From assembly GCA_963422645.2 (NCBI GenBank), contig CAXXVO010000007.1, forward strand, positions 640,001 to 704,000: 64,000 nucleotides of DNA, given 5' to 3'. Origin of the DNA: Alphaproteobacteria bacterium (GTDB lineage Bacteria > Pseudomonadota > Alphaproteobacteria > UBA828). The notes beneath the pieces are model-generated. The model was not told the origin of the DNA. It searched no databases and worked only from the letters and a program-made list of their open reading frames with translations. A program made the position numbers and the translations under genes. This document shows positions 45,324 to 55,061 of this stretch, piece by piece (position 1 is the first letter of the stretch; each line of letters begins with the position of its first letter).

Positions 45324-45947
45324 GTGCCCGGCGTGAGAGACCCCCGCGAATCAACCCCGGTCGAGCCCGGAGAGGGTTCCACCCCCCCCATTCGCGTCGT
45401 CCGCGCAGCCATCGGCCCTCGAGCAATGGCCGAGGTCGAGCGAGCCGTCAACGGGCTCGCGCTCGCGCGCCGGGGCCCCGGCGCGGACGACTGCTACGAG
45501 GCATGGCTGCCCGACGGGATGCTCCCGGCAGACTGCACCGACGCCCTGGACGCCCTCGCCCGCAACTACGCCCGCGAGGTGCTGAACGCATGCGCGGACA
45601 CGCCCTCGCCCGCCGTCTGCAACTGTTACTTCGCAGGACAGGCCTGCCTCTGGCACGTCGACCAGTACGCAGGGCGGGGAGTTCCCGACACCCTCGACCG
45701 GACCGTCTCCGCAAGCCTCATCGTCGAACGCGCCGCAGCCGGCGGCGACATGGTCTTCCAGGACCCGGGCCGGAAACGCCGCCCCGTACGGATCGACCCG
45801 CCGCCGGGATCGCTCGTCCTCTTCCCCGCAGACTGGTGGCACAGGGTCGCACCCGCCACCGCCGGCATCCGCCGCTCGCTCGTGCGATGGTGGGCGCAGT
45901 CGAACGGAGAGAGGTTCTCGTCCCTCGCCCGGCCCGACGGAGGATGA
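45324..45947 (+). CDS. 2OG-Fe(II) oxygenase (prolyl-hydroxylase-like, phage type)
   Basis: WHVD (HxD), RTVSASL, GGD..F, PGSLVLFP, HRV.P...G.RRSLV.W. Confidence 0.75.
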   Translation: MPGVRDPRESTPVEPGEGSTPPIRVVRAAIGPRAMAEVERAVNGLALARRGPGADDCYEAWLPDGMLPADCTDALDALARNYAREVLNACADTPSPAVCNCYFAGQACLWHVDQYAGRGVPDTLDRTVSASLIVERAAAGGDMVFQDPGRKRRPVRIDPPPGSLVLFPADWWHRVAPATAGIRRSLVRWWAQSNGERFSSLARPDGG

Positions 45948-45951
45948 CACG

Positions 45952-46472
45952 GTGATCGACATCCAGGACGCGATCCGCCGGCTCATGCCCACGGCTTCCT
46001 GCCGGGCTCCTTCCCCGGCGGCATCGACACGATGTTCGACGAGGCGACATGGAAGGCCTACGGCTGGAACCCGATCCCCGGCCTGCCGGACTACGGCCCC
46101 GACCCGGACGCCAGCCCCAAGCCGGCATGGGCCATGATCGCCGAAGCGGGCGAGCGCGCCGCCGCCGAAGACCTCCGGCAAGAAAGGGCGCAAGGGGTCG
46201 ACCGGGAGGCAACCCGCCGCATCCGGAAGGCCTACGGGGCGAGGAGCTGGGAGCACGAGGCCAGACGGCGGCTGCGCGGCGCCGCCACCGAGGAGCAGGA
46301 CGCCGAACGCGACCGCCTGCGCCGGCTCTGCCGCGCGCTCCGCAAGCGCATCGAAACCATGGACGCGGGCGCGCTCGAGCGCTTCGACGCAGCCGACGAC
46401 AGACACTGGCGCCCGCCCGAAGCCGGGCCCGCCCAGCCCCCCGCGCCCGAGGCGGAGGAGAAGGCGGAATAG
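45952..46472 (+). CDS. Phage-like hypothetical protein (possible tail-fibre assembly type), apparent -1 frameshift near 45985
   Basis: GGAGG RBS and GTG at 45952; one added base joins it to the 46032..46472 frame; helical C-term ending D.ADDRHW. Confidence 0.45.
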
Positions 46473-46572
46473 AACCCTTGCAGGGGCCGTGCACACCGAA
46501 TTCCGCGCCCCTGAACGGCCCGTGCATGGCCGATGCAGAGGCCGTTTTTCCAGCCCGAATCAGCCCCGAAAA

Positions 46573-47316
46573 TCAGCCTGTTTTCCAGGCCATTCGCAAA
46601 GACTTCTGGCCGCGATTCGCAAAGACTTCTGGCCGGCTACACAGGAGGCCCAGCGCGCGGGCGAGGGGAGGGGACTCGCGCCAGGGGGAGGCCCCTTCGG
46701 GAAGACGCGGCACGTGCGCGATGGGTAGCGGGCCCGCGTGCTTCACGATGGTCTCCGCCGTTTCTGCCGGCGGCACCGGACTCTCCGGCGATTCGCTGAC
46801 GATGAGGCCGGCGACCTCGATGCCGCGCCCGCGAATGGCTGCGAGCGTGGTCAGCGTGTGGCTGATGGTGCCGAGGTAGCTGCCCGCCACCACCAGCGCC
46901 GGCGCGCCGAGCTCCGCAATCCAGTCGAGCACGGTGCGGTCATCGTTCAACGGCACCATGGCCCCACCGATGCCCTCGATCAGCAGCGGGTCGCCCTCGG
47001 CGGCGCGGCAGAAGGCAACGATGTCCGGCAGGTCGAGGCGGCGTCTCTCGCGGGCCGCGGCCATGTCGGGCGAGAGCGGGGCGGCGAAGCGCCACGGCGT
47101 GATTTTGGCGACCGCTTCCTCGGTCACGGCCTCGCCCAGGCTCGCGAGGAGGACGCCGGGGTCACTGTCCGCGAGCGTGGCTGGATCGTAACCGCTGAGG
47201 ACCGGCTTGAGCGCACGCACAGGCCGGCCCGCCGCGCGAAGCTCGTGGCAGAGCGCGGCCGTGACCAGGGTCTTGCCGATCTCGGTGCCCGTGGCGGTAA
47301 CGAAGAGCGTGCTCAT
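46573..47316 (-). CDS. bioD: Dethiobiotin synthase; C-terminus extends into the repeat region
   Basis: TATGTEIGKT, LKPVLSG, PLSPDMAA, IEGIGG, YLGTISHT. Confidence 0.92.
   Translation of the reverse strand: MSTLFVTATGTEIGKTLVTAALCHELRAAGRPVRALKPVLSGYDPATLADSDPGVLLASLGEAVTEEAVAKITPWRFAAPLSPDMAAARERRRLDLPDIVAFCRAAEGDPLLIEGIGGAMVPLNDDRTVLDWIAELGAPALVVAGSYLGTISHTLTTLAAIRGRGIEVAGLIVSESPESPVPPAETAETIVKHAGPLPIAHVPRLPEGASPWRESPPLARALGLLCSRPEVFANRGQKSLRMAWKTG
46592..46641. repeat. Tandem 21-bp direct repeats ending in a CA terminus (putative Mu-like element right end)
   Basis: ATTCGCAAAGACTTCTGGCCG at 46592-46612 and 46615-46635, followed by GCTACA. Confidence 0.65.
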
Positions 47317-47318
47317 GG

Positions 47319-48476
47319 CTAGCTCCGGTCGAGGATGCGCTCGCGCACGATCTCCGCCAGCCGCTCGATGTCGCCGTCATCGTGGCCTGCGCTGAAGGTG
47401 AGACGGAGCCGTGCCGTGCCCTCCGGCACCGTCGGCGGCCGGATCGCGGTGACGAGGAAGCCTTCGTCCTCCAGCAACCGGGAGGCCGCGAGTGCACGCT
47501 CCGGCGCCCCGAGCAGGATCGGAACGATGCAGCTTTCAGGCGCCGGCAGGTTCAGGTGGGCGCAGAAGAACGACGCCTTGCGCAGCGGTGCCGCGACCAG
47601 GGCGGGGTCGCTCGCGATCAGGTCGAGGGCCGCGACGCTGGCCGCGACCACGCCCGGCGGCAGGCCCGTCGAGTAGATGAAGGGCCGCGCGCGGGTGCGG
47701 ATCAGGTCGATCACCGGCTGCGAGGCGCAAAGATAGCCGCCGTAGCTGCCGACTGCCTTCGACAGCGTGCCCATCTGCAGCGGCACCTTGGTCTTCGCGC
47801 CGCCCACGAAGCTCGAGCCGCGCCCGCCGCCGACAACGCCGATGCCGTGGGCGTCGTCGGTCATCAGCCAGGTGTCGTGGGCCGCCGCGATTTCGGTCAG
47901 CGCCGCGACCGGGGCGAGGTCGCCGTCCATGCTGAACACGCCGTCGGTGAGCAGCAGCGCGCGCCCGTGGCCGTCGCGGTGTTCAGCCAGCAGAGCCTCT
48001 GCATGGTCGAGATCGTTGTGTCGAAAGATCTCGACCCTGGCGCGCGCGAGAGAGGCGCCCGCGCGCAGACACGCATGGCTCAGCTCGTCGGCCACGATCA
48101 GGTCGCCGGTGCCGACGAGGCTCGGCACGATCCCGAGATTGGCGAGGTAGCCCGAGCCGAAGACGCAGGCGTCGTCGCTGCCCTTGAGGCGGGCGAGGCG
48201 GCGTTCCAGCGCCGCGAAGAGGGGATGATTGCCGGTCACCAGCCGCGACGAGCCGGCACCGGCACCCCAACGCTCGGTGGCTTCGACAGCGGCCCGCTTG
48301 ACCGCCGGGTGCTGCGACAGATTGAGGTAGTCGTTGCTGCAGAACGAGATCAGCGCGCGGCCGTTGCGCTTCACCCCGACCGGTCCGCACGGCGCGGTCT
48401 CGTGGAGGGAGCGGCGCAGCTGCCGCTCCGCGAGTGCGGCGAGCTTGGCCTCGGCGAAGCGTTCGAGCGTATCCAT
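47319..48476 (-). CDS. bioF: 8-amino-7-oxononanoate synthase
   Basis: FCSNDYL, GSGYLAN, DGVFSMDGD, DDAHG, GTLSKA, IRPPTVP. Confidence 0.93.
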   Translation of the reverse strand: MDTLERFAEAKLAALAERQLRRSLHETAPCGPVGVKRNGRALISFCSNDYLNLSQHPAVKRAAVEATERWGAGAGSSRLVTGNHPLFAALERRLARLKGSDDACVFGSGYLANLGIVPSLVGTGDLIVADELSHACLRAGASLARARVEIFRHNDLDHAEALLAEHRDGHGRALLLTDGVFSMDGDLAPVAALTEIAAAHDTWLMTDDAHGIGVVGGGRGSSFVGGAKTKVPLQMGTLSKAVGSYGGYLCASQPVIDLIRTRARPFIYSTGLPPGVVAASVAALDLIASDPALVAAPLRKASFFCAHLNLPAPESCIVPILLGAPERALAASRLLEDEGFLVTAIRPPTVPEGTARLRLTFSAGHDDGDIERLAEIVRERILDRS

Positions 48477-48518
48477 GCGCACTCCCGCGCCGAGGCGGCG
48501 GTGCCGCGCTTCTGCCGG

Positions 48519-49931
48519 CTAGAGCTCCCCCTCGCGGCGCAACATGCGGATGGTCTCGCGGAAGGCGTCGACGGTGACGGGGAGATCGTCCGCAGTGTTG
48601 GCGGCCGAGGCCATGCCACCGGGCCAGCCCTGAACGTCCACGCCGTTCACCAGAAGGCCGAGGCGGATCTTGTTGACGAGCTCCGGCGGGCGCTCCTTGA
48701 GCTCCGCGTAGTCGATCGCGAGGGGATCGAAGTTGGACGGCGTGATCGCGCGCCCGCGCGGGTTCATGAAGAGGTGGAACGAGGAGAAGGTGCCATAGAC
48801 CGACCAGGGCACGCCTTCGTCCTCCAGCACCCCGTTGAGCCCGGCCCGAAGCTCGGCGCCGAAGGCGGACGCTCTCTCGCAGGCATCCGAATCCCGCACG
48901 ATGATGAGCGCGGCCGTGCCGGCAGCGGCGGCGACCGGGTTCGCGTTGAAGGTGCCGGGGTGAAAGATTTTTTCGCGGCCGCTTGCCTTGGCCGCATAGA
49001 AGTCCAGATCGTCGAGAATATCCTTTCGTCCGGCCACGGCGCCGCCCGGCAGGCCGCCGGCGATAATCTTGGCGTGGGTGCTCATGTCGGGCGTAACGCC
49101 GAAATAGCCCTGCGCACCGCCGGGGGAGACTCGGAAGCCCGTGATCACTTCGTCGAAGATCAGCACAACGCCGTGCTTCGCCGTCAGCTCCCGCAGGAAG
49201 CCCAGAAACTCGAACGCATGGGGCACGAGCCCGAAGGAGCCACCCGTCGGCTCCAGGATCGCTGCGGCGATATCGTCGTCGGCTTCGAACACGGCGCGTG
49301 CGGCCTCTTCGTCGCCGGGCGGCAGCAGGATCACCTGGGACGCGAGGTCGGGCAGCACACCTGCCGTCGGCGCGCCGTCGAAGTGCGACATGTAGCCGGA
49401 GGTCATGTGGTCGTGCCAGCCGTGGAAGTGGCCCTTGAATCGCACGATCTTGTTCTTGCCGGTGTGGGCGCGGGCGAGGCGGAGCGCCATGAGCGTCGCC
49501 TCAGTGCCGGAGGAGGTGAAGCGCACCCGCTCCGCGCACGGCACCAGCTCGCGCACGATCTGCGCCCAGCGCACCTCGCGTTCGTGGTTGGCGCCGGGGT
49601 GCGTGCCGTCCGGCAGCGCTTCCTGGATCGCCGCAAGAACTTCCGGCCGGCCGTGGCCGAGCAGCAGGGCGCCGTGGCCGCCGGCGTAGTCGACGTACTC
49701 GTTGCCGTCGCGGTCCCACTTGCGTGAGCCCTCGGCCCGCGTGACGTAGATGCCGTAGGGCTGCAGGTGGCGCGCATCGTGGACGATGCCGGAGGGCAGA
49801 ATGTCCCTGGCCTCGGCCGCGAGCGCCGCCGAGCCTGGCGTCCTCGTCAGGTAGGCCTGAACGATGCCGGAATTCGAGGCGAGCATGCCGGCGCCCGACG
49901 ACGCTTCCGCTTGTGGTGTTGCTGCGCTCAT
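48519..49931 (-). CDS. Class III aminotransferase (glutamate-1-semialdehyde aminomutase-like)
   Basis: WDRDGNEYVDY, SSGTEA, FHGWHD, FDEVITGFR, AKIIAGGLP, HPGTFNANP. Confidence 0.85.
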   Translation of the reverse strand: MSAATPQAEASSGAGMLASNSGIVQAYLTRTPGSAALAAEARDILPSGIVHDARHLQPYGIYVTRAEGSRKWDRDGNEYVDYAGGHGALLLGHGRPEVLAAIQEALPDGTHPGANHEREVRWAQIVRELVPCAERVRFTSSGTEATLMALRLARAHTGKNKIVRFKGHFHGWHDHMTSGYMSHFDGAPTAGVLPDLASQVILLPPGDEEAARAVFEADDDIAAAILEPTGGSFGLVPHAFEFLGFLRELTAKHGVVLIFDEVITGFRVSPGGAQGYFGVTPDMSTHAKIIAGGLPGGAVAGRKDILDDLDFYAAKASGREKIFHPGTFNANPVAAAAGTAALIIVRDSDACERASAFGAELRAGLNGVLEDEGVPWSVYGTFSSFHLFMNPRGRAITPSNFDPLAIDYAELKERPPELVNKIRLGLLVNGVDVQGWPGGMASAANTADDLPVTVDAFRETIRMLRREGEL

Positions 49932-49939
49932 GTCCTGTC

Positions 49940-50662
49940 CTATTCGATGTAGGGATCGACCGCGTCGCGCACGGCCTTGGCGACCGCGACGGCGCTCGGC
50001 GTGTCCGAGTGGACGCAGATCGTCTCCGCCTTGGTCGGCACGTCCTTGCCGTTGACGGAACGGATCACACCGTCCTTCACCACGCGCATGATCTGATCGA
50101 CCGCTTGTTTCGGCGCCACCGACTTGTGCTCGCGGGTGATGATGCAGCGGCCTTCGTCGTCATAGTCGAGGTCGGCGAAGATCTCCCACACGACATCCGT
50201 GTACTTGGGCCAGATCGTCTCGTGCATGGTGCCGGTGGTGCCGTACATGGGCACGCCGAAGACCTGCGCCGCCTCGGCGCAGGCGGTCGCCACGTCCTCG
50301 TCGATCCAGGCGGCGCCATAGAGCGCACCGTGGGGCTTCAGGTGATTGAGGGTCATCCCCTCCATCTCGAGGAAGCCCTTGAGCGCGCCGCACTGGTAGA
50401 TGATGGCGTCGCGCAGCTCCTTGCGGTCCATCTTCATGTAGCGCCGGCCGAACCCGTCCCGATCGGGAAACGACGGGTGCGCCCCCACCTTCACGCCCTG
50501 CTTCTTTGCGAGCACGACGGTTTCGTGCATCACGCCTGGGTCCGAGGCATGGAAGCCGCAAGCGACGTTGGCCGAGGTGATGTAGGGCATGATCGCCTCG
50601 TCGTCGCCGCAGGTATAGATGCTGTAGGCCTCGCCCATGTCGCAGTTGATGTCGATCGCCAT
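49940..50662 (-). CDS. pxpA: 5-oxoprolinase subunit A / LamB-YcsF family
   Basis: DINCDMGE, SANVACGFHA, GAHPSFPD, HLKPHGALY, TICVHSD. Confidence 0.87.
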   Translation of the reverse strand: MAIDINCDMGEAYSIYTCGDDEAIMPYITSANVACGFHASDPGVMHETVVLAKKQGVKVGAHPSFPDRDGFGRRYMKMDRKELRDAIIYQCGALKGFLEMEGMTLNHLKPHGALYGAAWIDEDVATACAEAAQVFGVPMYGTTGTMHETIWPKYTDVVWEIFADLDYDDEGRCIITREHKSVAPKQAVDQIMRVVKDGVIRSVNGKDVPTKAETICVHSDTPSAVAVAKAVRDAVDPYIE

Positions 50663-50857
50663 CGTCTCCCCCGCCTTTCGTCGCCTTTCCGCCCGCGATC
50701 ACGGGCGTGTAACGAAGCTTCTCGGCCAAACGTAGCAGGATTGTTCCCCAATCTCGATTCCGCTGCCCGCGACCTTGCTTAGACACGCAGAGGCCCGGTG
50801 GCTTTTTGTGCCGAGGCTATGTGTTTATATGGCGAAGGAATCGGAACCCGAGTCGCA

Positions 50858-51670
50858 ATGAGTGCGCCCGCCGATGCCGTGACAAAGGCCGGTCGTCGAG
50901 TGACCCGCGCGCTCGAGCGGTTGAGGAAGTATCGACTGGCGGCGGGGCTCCTTTCCTTCGGCGGCCTCGTGCTGGGTACGTTGCGCGACCTGGCGCCGAT
51001 CATCGTCGTGGTCGCGGTCTTCCAAGTCGCCGTCCTGAACCAGCCATTCCCCAATCTCGGCGGAATCATCGGCGGGCTCGTGCTGGTGATGCTGGGGCTC
51101 GCTCTCTTCATCAAGGGCCTGGAAATGGGCCTCTTCCCGCTCGGCGAGAGCCTGGCCCAGGGTTTCGCGCACAAGGGTAGCCTGTTCTGGCTCCTCGTCT
51201 TTGCCTTCGCGCTGGGCTTCGGGACCACGGTCGCAGAGCCTGCGCTGATCGCGGTCACGGGCGAGGCCGCACGGGTTGCCGCCGACGCCGGTGTCGTCGC
51301 GGCAGATGCGGACGCCATGGACACCTACGCCCTCGGGTTGCGCTACACGGTCGCCGTCTCGGTCGGCGTCGGCATCACGCTCGGTGTGCTTCGCATCCTC
51401 AAGGGCTGGCCACTCCACTACTGGATCATCGGCGGCTACGTCATCGCCGTCGGCCTCACTTTCCTCGCGCCGGATGAGATTGTGGGCATCGCCTACGATT
51501 CCGGCGGTGTCACCACGTCCACCATCACCGTGCCAATGGTGACGGCGCTCGGCGTCGGTCTCGCCACGGCGATCCGCGGGCGCAACCCGCTGATCGATGG
51601 CTTCGGGCTCATCGCCTACGCGAGCCTCACGCCCATCATCTTCGTGCTCGTCTTCGGAATGGTGTTCTAA
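50858..51670 (+). CDS. DUF1538 membrane protein (type 1)
   Basis: [38 protein letters not shown]. Confidence 0.85.
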   Translation: MSAPADAVTKAGRRVTRALERLRKYRLAAGLLSFGGLVLGTLRDLAPIIVVVAVFQVAVLNQPFPNLGGIIGGLVLVMLGLALFIKGLEMGLFPLGESLAQGFAHKGSLFWLLVFAFALGFGTTVAEPALIAVTGEAARVAADAGVVAADADAMDTYALGLRYTVAVSVGVGITLGVLRILKGWPLHYWIIGGYVIAVGLTFLAPDEIVGIAYDSGGVTTSTITVPMVTALGVGLATAIRGRNPLIDGFGLIAYASLTPIIFVLVFGMVF

Positions 51671-51681
51671 GGGGGCGCGCT

Positions 51682-52500
51682 GTGGAACTGCTCGCCCGCT
51701 TACCTGCCGTCAGTTTGGACACGGTGCGTGACGAAGCCCCGCTGATCGGCCTCGTGCTGCTCTTCTACATCGTCGTCCTGCGCCGGCGCCCGCCGAATCC
51801 GGGCCGCGTCGTAGTGGGTTTCGTCTACGTCACCATCGGCCTCGCGCTCTTCCTCATCGGGCTGGAAAAGGCTCTCTTCCCCCTCGGCAAGACGATGGCG
51901 GCACAGCTGACCGACCCGGCGTTCCTCGGCCTCGCGGAGGGCGCGACCGCGCACTGGCTGGACTATGGCTGGATTTACGCCTTTGCCGCAGCGATCGGAT
52001 TCGGCACCACCATCGCGGAGCCGTCGCTCTTGGCCGTCGCCGAGAAGGCCGGTGCCGTCTCCGGCGGGACGATCAAGCCCTGGGGGCTGCGCTTAGCGGT
52101 TGCCGTGGGCGTTGCGGTCGGCGTCGGGTTGGGCGCCGTCCGTATCGTCATCGGGCTGCCGCTCCACTATCTGATCATGGCCGGCTACGCGATCGTGATC
52201 GTCCAGACGATCTTCTCTACGCGCAACACCATCCCGCTTGCCTACGATTCCGGCGGCGTCACGACCTCGACCGTCACCGTGCCGCTGGTCGCCGCGCTCG
52301 GCCTCGGCCTCGCCGCCAACGTGCCGGGGCGCAGCCCTCTCATCGACGGCTTCGGGCTTATCGCCCTTGCCAGCGTTTTCCCAATTATTGCCGTGCTGGC
52401 TTACGCCCAGCTCTCGTCGGCGCTCGAGACTGCACAAAACAGTCATGGTCCCCGCGGTTCTGAGCCACCCCGTGGCATGAAACAGGAGCGGTTCGGCTGA
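51682..52500 (+). CDS. DUF1538 membrane protein (type 2, copy a); last codons come from IS110
   Basis: [29 protein letters not shown]. Confidence 0.85.
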   Translation: MELLARLPAVSLDTVRDEAPLIGLVLLFYIVVLRRRPPNPGRVVVGFVYVTIGLALFLIGLEKALFPLGKTMAAQLTDPAFLGLAEGATAHWLDYGWIYAFAAAIGFGTTIAEPSLLAVAEKAGAVSGGTIKPWGLRLAVAVGVAVGVGLGAVRIVIGLPLHYLIMAGYAIVIVQTIFSTRNTIPLAYDSGGVTTSTVTVPLVAALGLGLAANVPGRSPLIDGFGLIALASVFPIIAVLAYAQLSSALETAQNSHGPRGSEPPRGMKQERFG

Positions 52501-54205
52501 CGTTTTCCTTGCGCTTGCACCCATTTGCCGTGTCAGGATGGGTATTGGCGGAGGTGGGGACGTGTGAGCGTCGTTATATCGGTGACGTAGTTCCCGATGA
52601 CAAAACTGCTTCCGGCGGCCGGCTCCGCACCCCGTATTGTACCCGGCCCGTGGCCGTGGACGCGCGGCAAATTGCACCGCACCCGCTCGTCGGATGCGTG
52701 TTCTTCCGACCGCTGTCCCCGCCTCCACCGTGGCGATGCCACGGCGTGATCGTACGCCGCCGTGGCGAGAGCGCAAATGAGGAGGAAGGCGATGAAGACG
52801 GAAGGCTTGCACGTCGTCCGGCCGCGCGCGGCGGGTCTGGACGTGCACAAGATGGAGATCACCGCGACGGTTCGCCTCTGTGAGGGCGAGGGTGAGCCGG
52901 TGGTGGAGACGCGCTGCTTCGGCACGCTGCCGAGCGGTCTGGAGGAGATGGTCGCGTGGCTGACCGGTCACGGCGTCGAGGCTGCGGTGATGGAAGGGAC
53001 CGGGGTCTACTGGCAGGCGCCCTTCGCGGCCCTGGAGGCGGCCGGGCTCGAGGCGATCCTGGTGCATGCGCGTCAGGTGAAGCAGTTGAAGGGGCGCAAG
53101 ACCGACGTGGCGGACAGCGTGTGGCTGGCCTGCGTGTGCCAGTTCGGGCTCTGCACGCCTTCCCACGTTCCGCCTGAGCCGTTCCGGGAGCTGCGCGCAC
53201 TGAGCCGCCAGCGCCGCGTCCTGGTCAGGCAGCGCTCCGCCGTGCGCAACCGCGTGCAGAAGATCATCGACCGCGCCGGTGCGCGCATCGGCGGCATCCT
53301 CTCCGACGTCTTCGGCGTCAACGGCCGGAAGATCCTCGACGGCCTGGCGCAGGGGACGGCGCGCGAGGTCATCCTCGCCTCGCTCACCAGCCACGTTGCG
53401 AACAAGCTGGAGGGGCTCGGCGAGGCGCTCACCCTGAGCCTGGGCGACAACGACCGCTTCATGCTCAACGACCTGCTGGAGGAGCATGACGCGCTTGAGG
53501 CGCGCATCGCGTCCTACACCAGGAAGATCGACGGGCAGATGACACCGTGGGAGGAGCAGCTCCGTCTGCTGACCACCATCCCCGGCATCGACCGCACCGC
53601 CGCCTCGACCATCCTCATCGAGATCGGCCCCGACATCGGCGTGTTCGCCTCCAAGGAGCACTTCGCCGCCTGGGCCGGGCTCTGCCCCGGCAACAACGAG
53701 AGCGGGGGCAAGCGCCGCAACGCACGCACCCGCATGGGCTCCAAGACCCTGCGCGCCTGCCTCGTCGAGTGTGCCCACGGCGCGGCCCGAACCAAGGGGT
53801 GCCAGTTCGAGGCTCATCACCGCGCCCTCGCCGCCCGGCGCGGCTACAAGCGCGCCATCGTCGCCGGCGCTCACAAGATGCTGCGCATCATCTATGTGGT
53901 GCTCAAGACCGGCAGGCCCTACTACGACCGCACGGCCGACTACGACGCTCTGATGGTCAAGCGCAACGCTCCTCGGTGGATCCGCATGCTCCGCCGCTAC
54001 GGCTACATCGAGCCCGTAGGCGCGGAACTCAAGGCCGCCTGAGCGGCCCGCATCTCGTCAGCCGGCTACGCGGGACCGCTTCGGACCACATCGGGGAAGT
54101 CCACCGCTCGTCTCCGCCGCGCCGACCCTGGCGGTCTCAGCCAACGCCGTGACCTCGGGGTTGGAGCGTCACCGCGCGTCCCTCGCCAGAATCTGTTTCA
54201 CGGCA
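52471..54205 (+). mobile_element. IS110-family element with subterminal IRs; exact ends uncertain by a few bp
   Basis: TGAAACAG (52478-52485) / CTGTTTCA (54193-54200); GGCA at both junctions; about 310-bp 5' non-coding region. Confidence 0.8.
52792..54042 (+). CDS. IS110 DEDD recombinase/transposase
   Basis: GLDVHK, MEGTGVYW, KTDVAD, TIPGI, GLCP...SGGK; GGAGG RBS. Confidence 0.92.
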   Translation: MKTEGLHVVRPRAAGLDVHKMEITATVRLCEGEGEPVVETRCFGTLPSGLEEMVAWLTGHGVEAAVMEGTGVYWQAPFAALEAAGLEAILVHARQVKQLKGRKTDVADSVWLACVCQFGLCTPSHVPPEPFRELRALSRQRRVLVRQRSAVRNRVQKIIDRAGARIGGILSDVFGVNGRKILDGLAQGTAREVILASLTSHVANKLEGLGEALTLSLGDNDRFMLNDLLEEHDALEARIASYTRKIDGQMTPWEEQLRLLTTIPGIDRTAASTILIEIGPDIGVFASKEHFAAWAGLCPGNNESGGKRRNARTRMGSKTLRACLVECAHGAARTKGCQFEAHHRALAARRGYKRAIVAGAHKMLRIIYVVLKTGRPYYDRTADYDALMVKRNAPRWIRMLRRYGYIEPVGAELKAA

Positions 54206-54269
54206 AAGCGCCGCCGTAGACGAGCGCGCGGCTGATGCGGACGCAGGGCAGGGTGTAAAGGGTTAGGGC

Positions 54270-55058
54270 ATGGTAGATATTCTCGTCGTCTTGCCGTCTG
54301 TCGGCCTCGATACGTTGCGCGACATCGTGCCGCTGATCTGTCTTGTGCTTTTCTTCCAGATTGTCGTCCTGCGCCAGCGCCCGGCGAATCTCGGTCGGAT
54401 CGTCGTCGGCTTCGTCTATGTCGTGGTCGGGCTCGTGCTCTTTCTCATCGGGCTTGAAGAAGCGCTCTTCCCCCTCGGCAAGACCATGGCGGCGCAACTG
54501 ACCGACCCCGCGTTTCTCGGCCTTGCGGCCGGGGCGCGCGCTCATTGGCTCGACTATGGCTGGATCTACGCCTTTGCGGTGGCCATCGGCTTCGGCACCA
54601 CCATCGCGGAACCGTCGCTCATGGCCGTGGCCCGCAAGGCCGGTGCCGTATCCGGCGGGGCGATCAAACCCTGGGGCTTGCGGATCGCGGTTGCCGTGGG
54701 CGTTGCCGTCGGTGTCGGGCTGGGAACCGTCCGTATCGTCACCGGGGTGCCGCTCCACTATCTGTTCATGGCTGCCTACGCCATCGTGATCCTGCTGACG
54801 ATATTCTCCTCGCGCAGCATCATTGCGCTCGCCTACGATTCCGGCGGCGTCACGTCATCGACCGTCACAGTACCGCTGGTCGCGGCCCTCGGCCTCGGCC
54901 TTGCCGCCAACGTACCGGGGCGCAGCACGCTGCTCGACGGCTTCGGTCTCATCGCCTTTGCATGCGTCTTTGCCGTCATCGCGGTGCTGGGCTTTGCCCA
55001 GCTCTCGTCGGCGCTTGAAGCCAGGCGCAAGCGCCGGCTATCCGGGAAAGGAACTTAG
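54270..55058 (+). CDS. DUF1538 membrane protein (type 2, copy b)
   Basis: Close paralogue of 51682..52500. Confidence 0.85.
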   Translation: MVDILVVLPSVGLDTLRDIVPLICLVLFFQIVVLRQRPANLGRIVVGFVYVVVGLVLFLIGLEEALFPLGKTMAAQLTDPAFLGLAAGARAHWLDYGWIYAFAVAIGFGTTIAEPSLMAVARKAGAVSGGAIKPWGLRIAVAVGVAVGVGLGTVRIVTGVPLHYLFMAAYAIVILLTIFSSRSIIALAYDSGGVTSSTVTVPLVAALGLGLAANVPGRSTLLDGFGLIAFACVFAVIAVLGFAQLSSALEARRKRRLSGKGT

Positions 55059-55061
55059 ACA

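Noticed and set aside
46592-46635. CRISPR array
   Set aside because: Only two repeats separated by 2 bp, no spacers and no cas genes in the window
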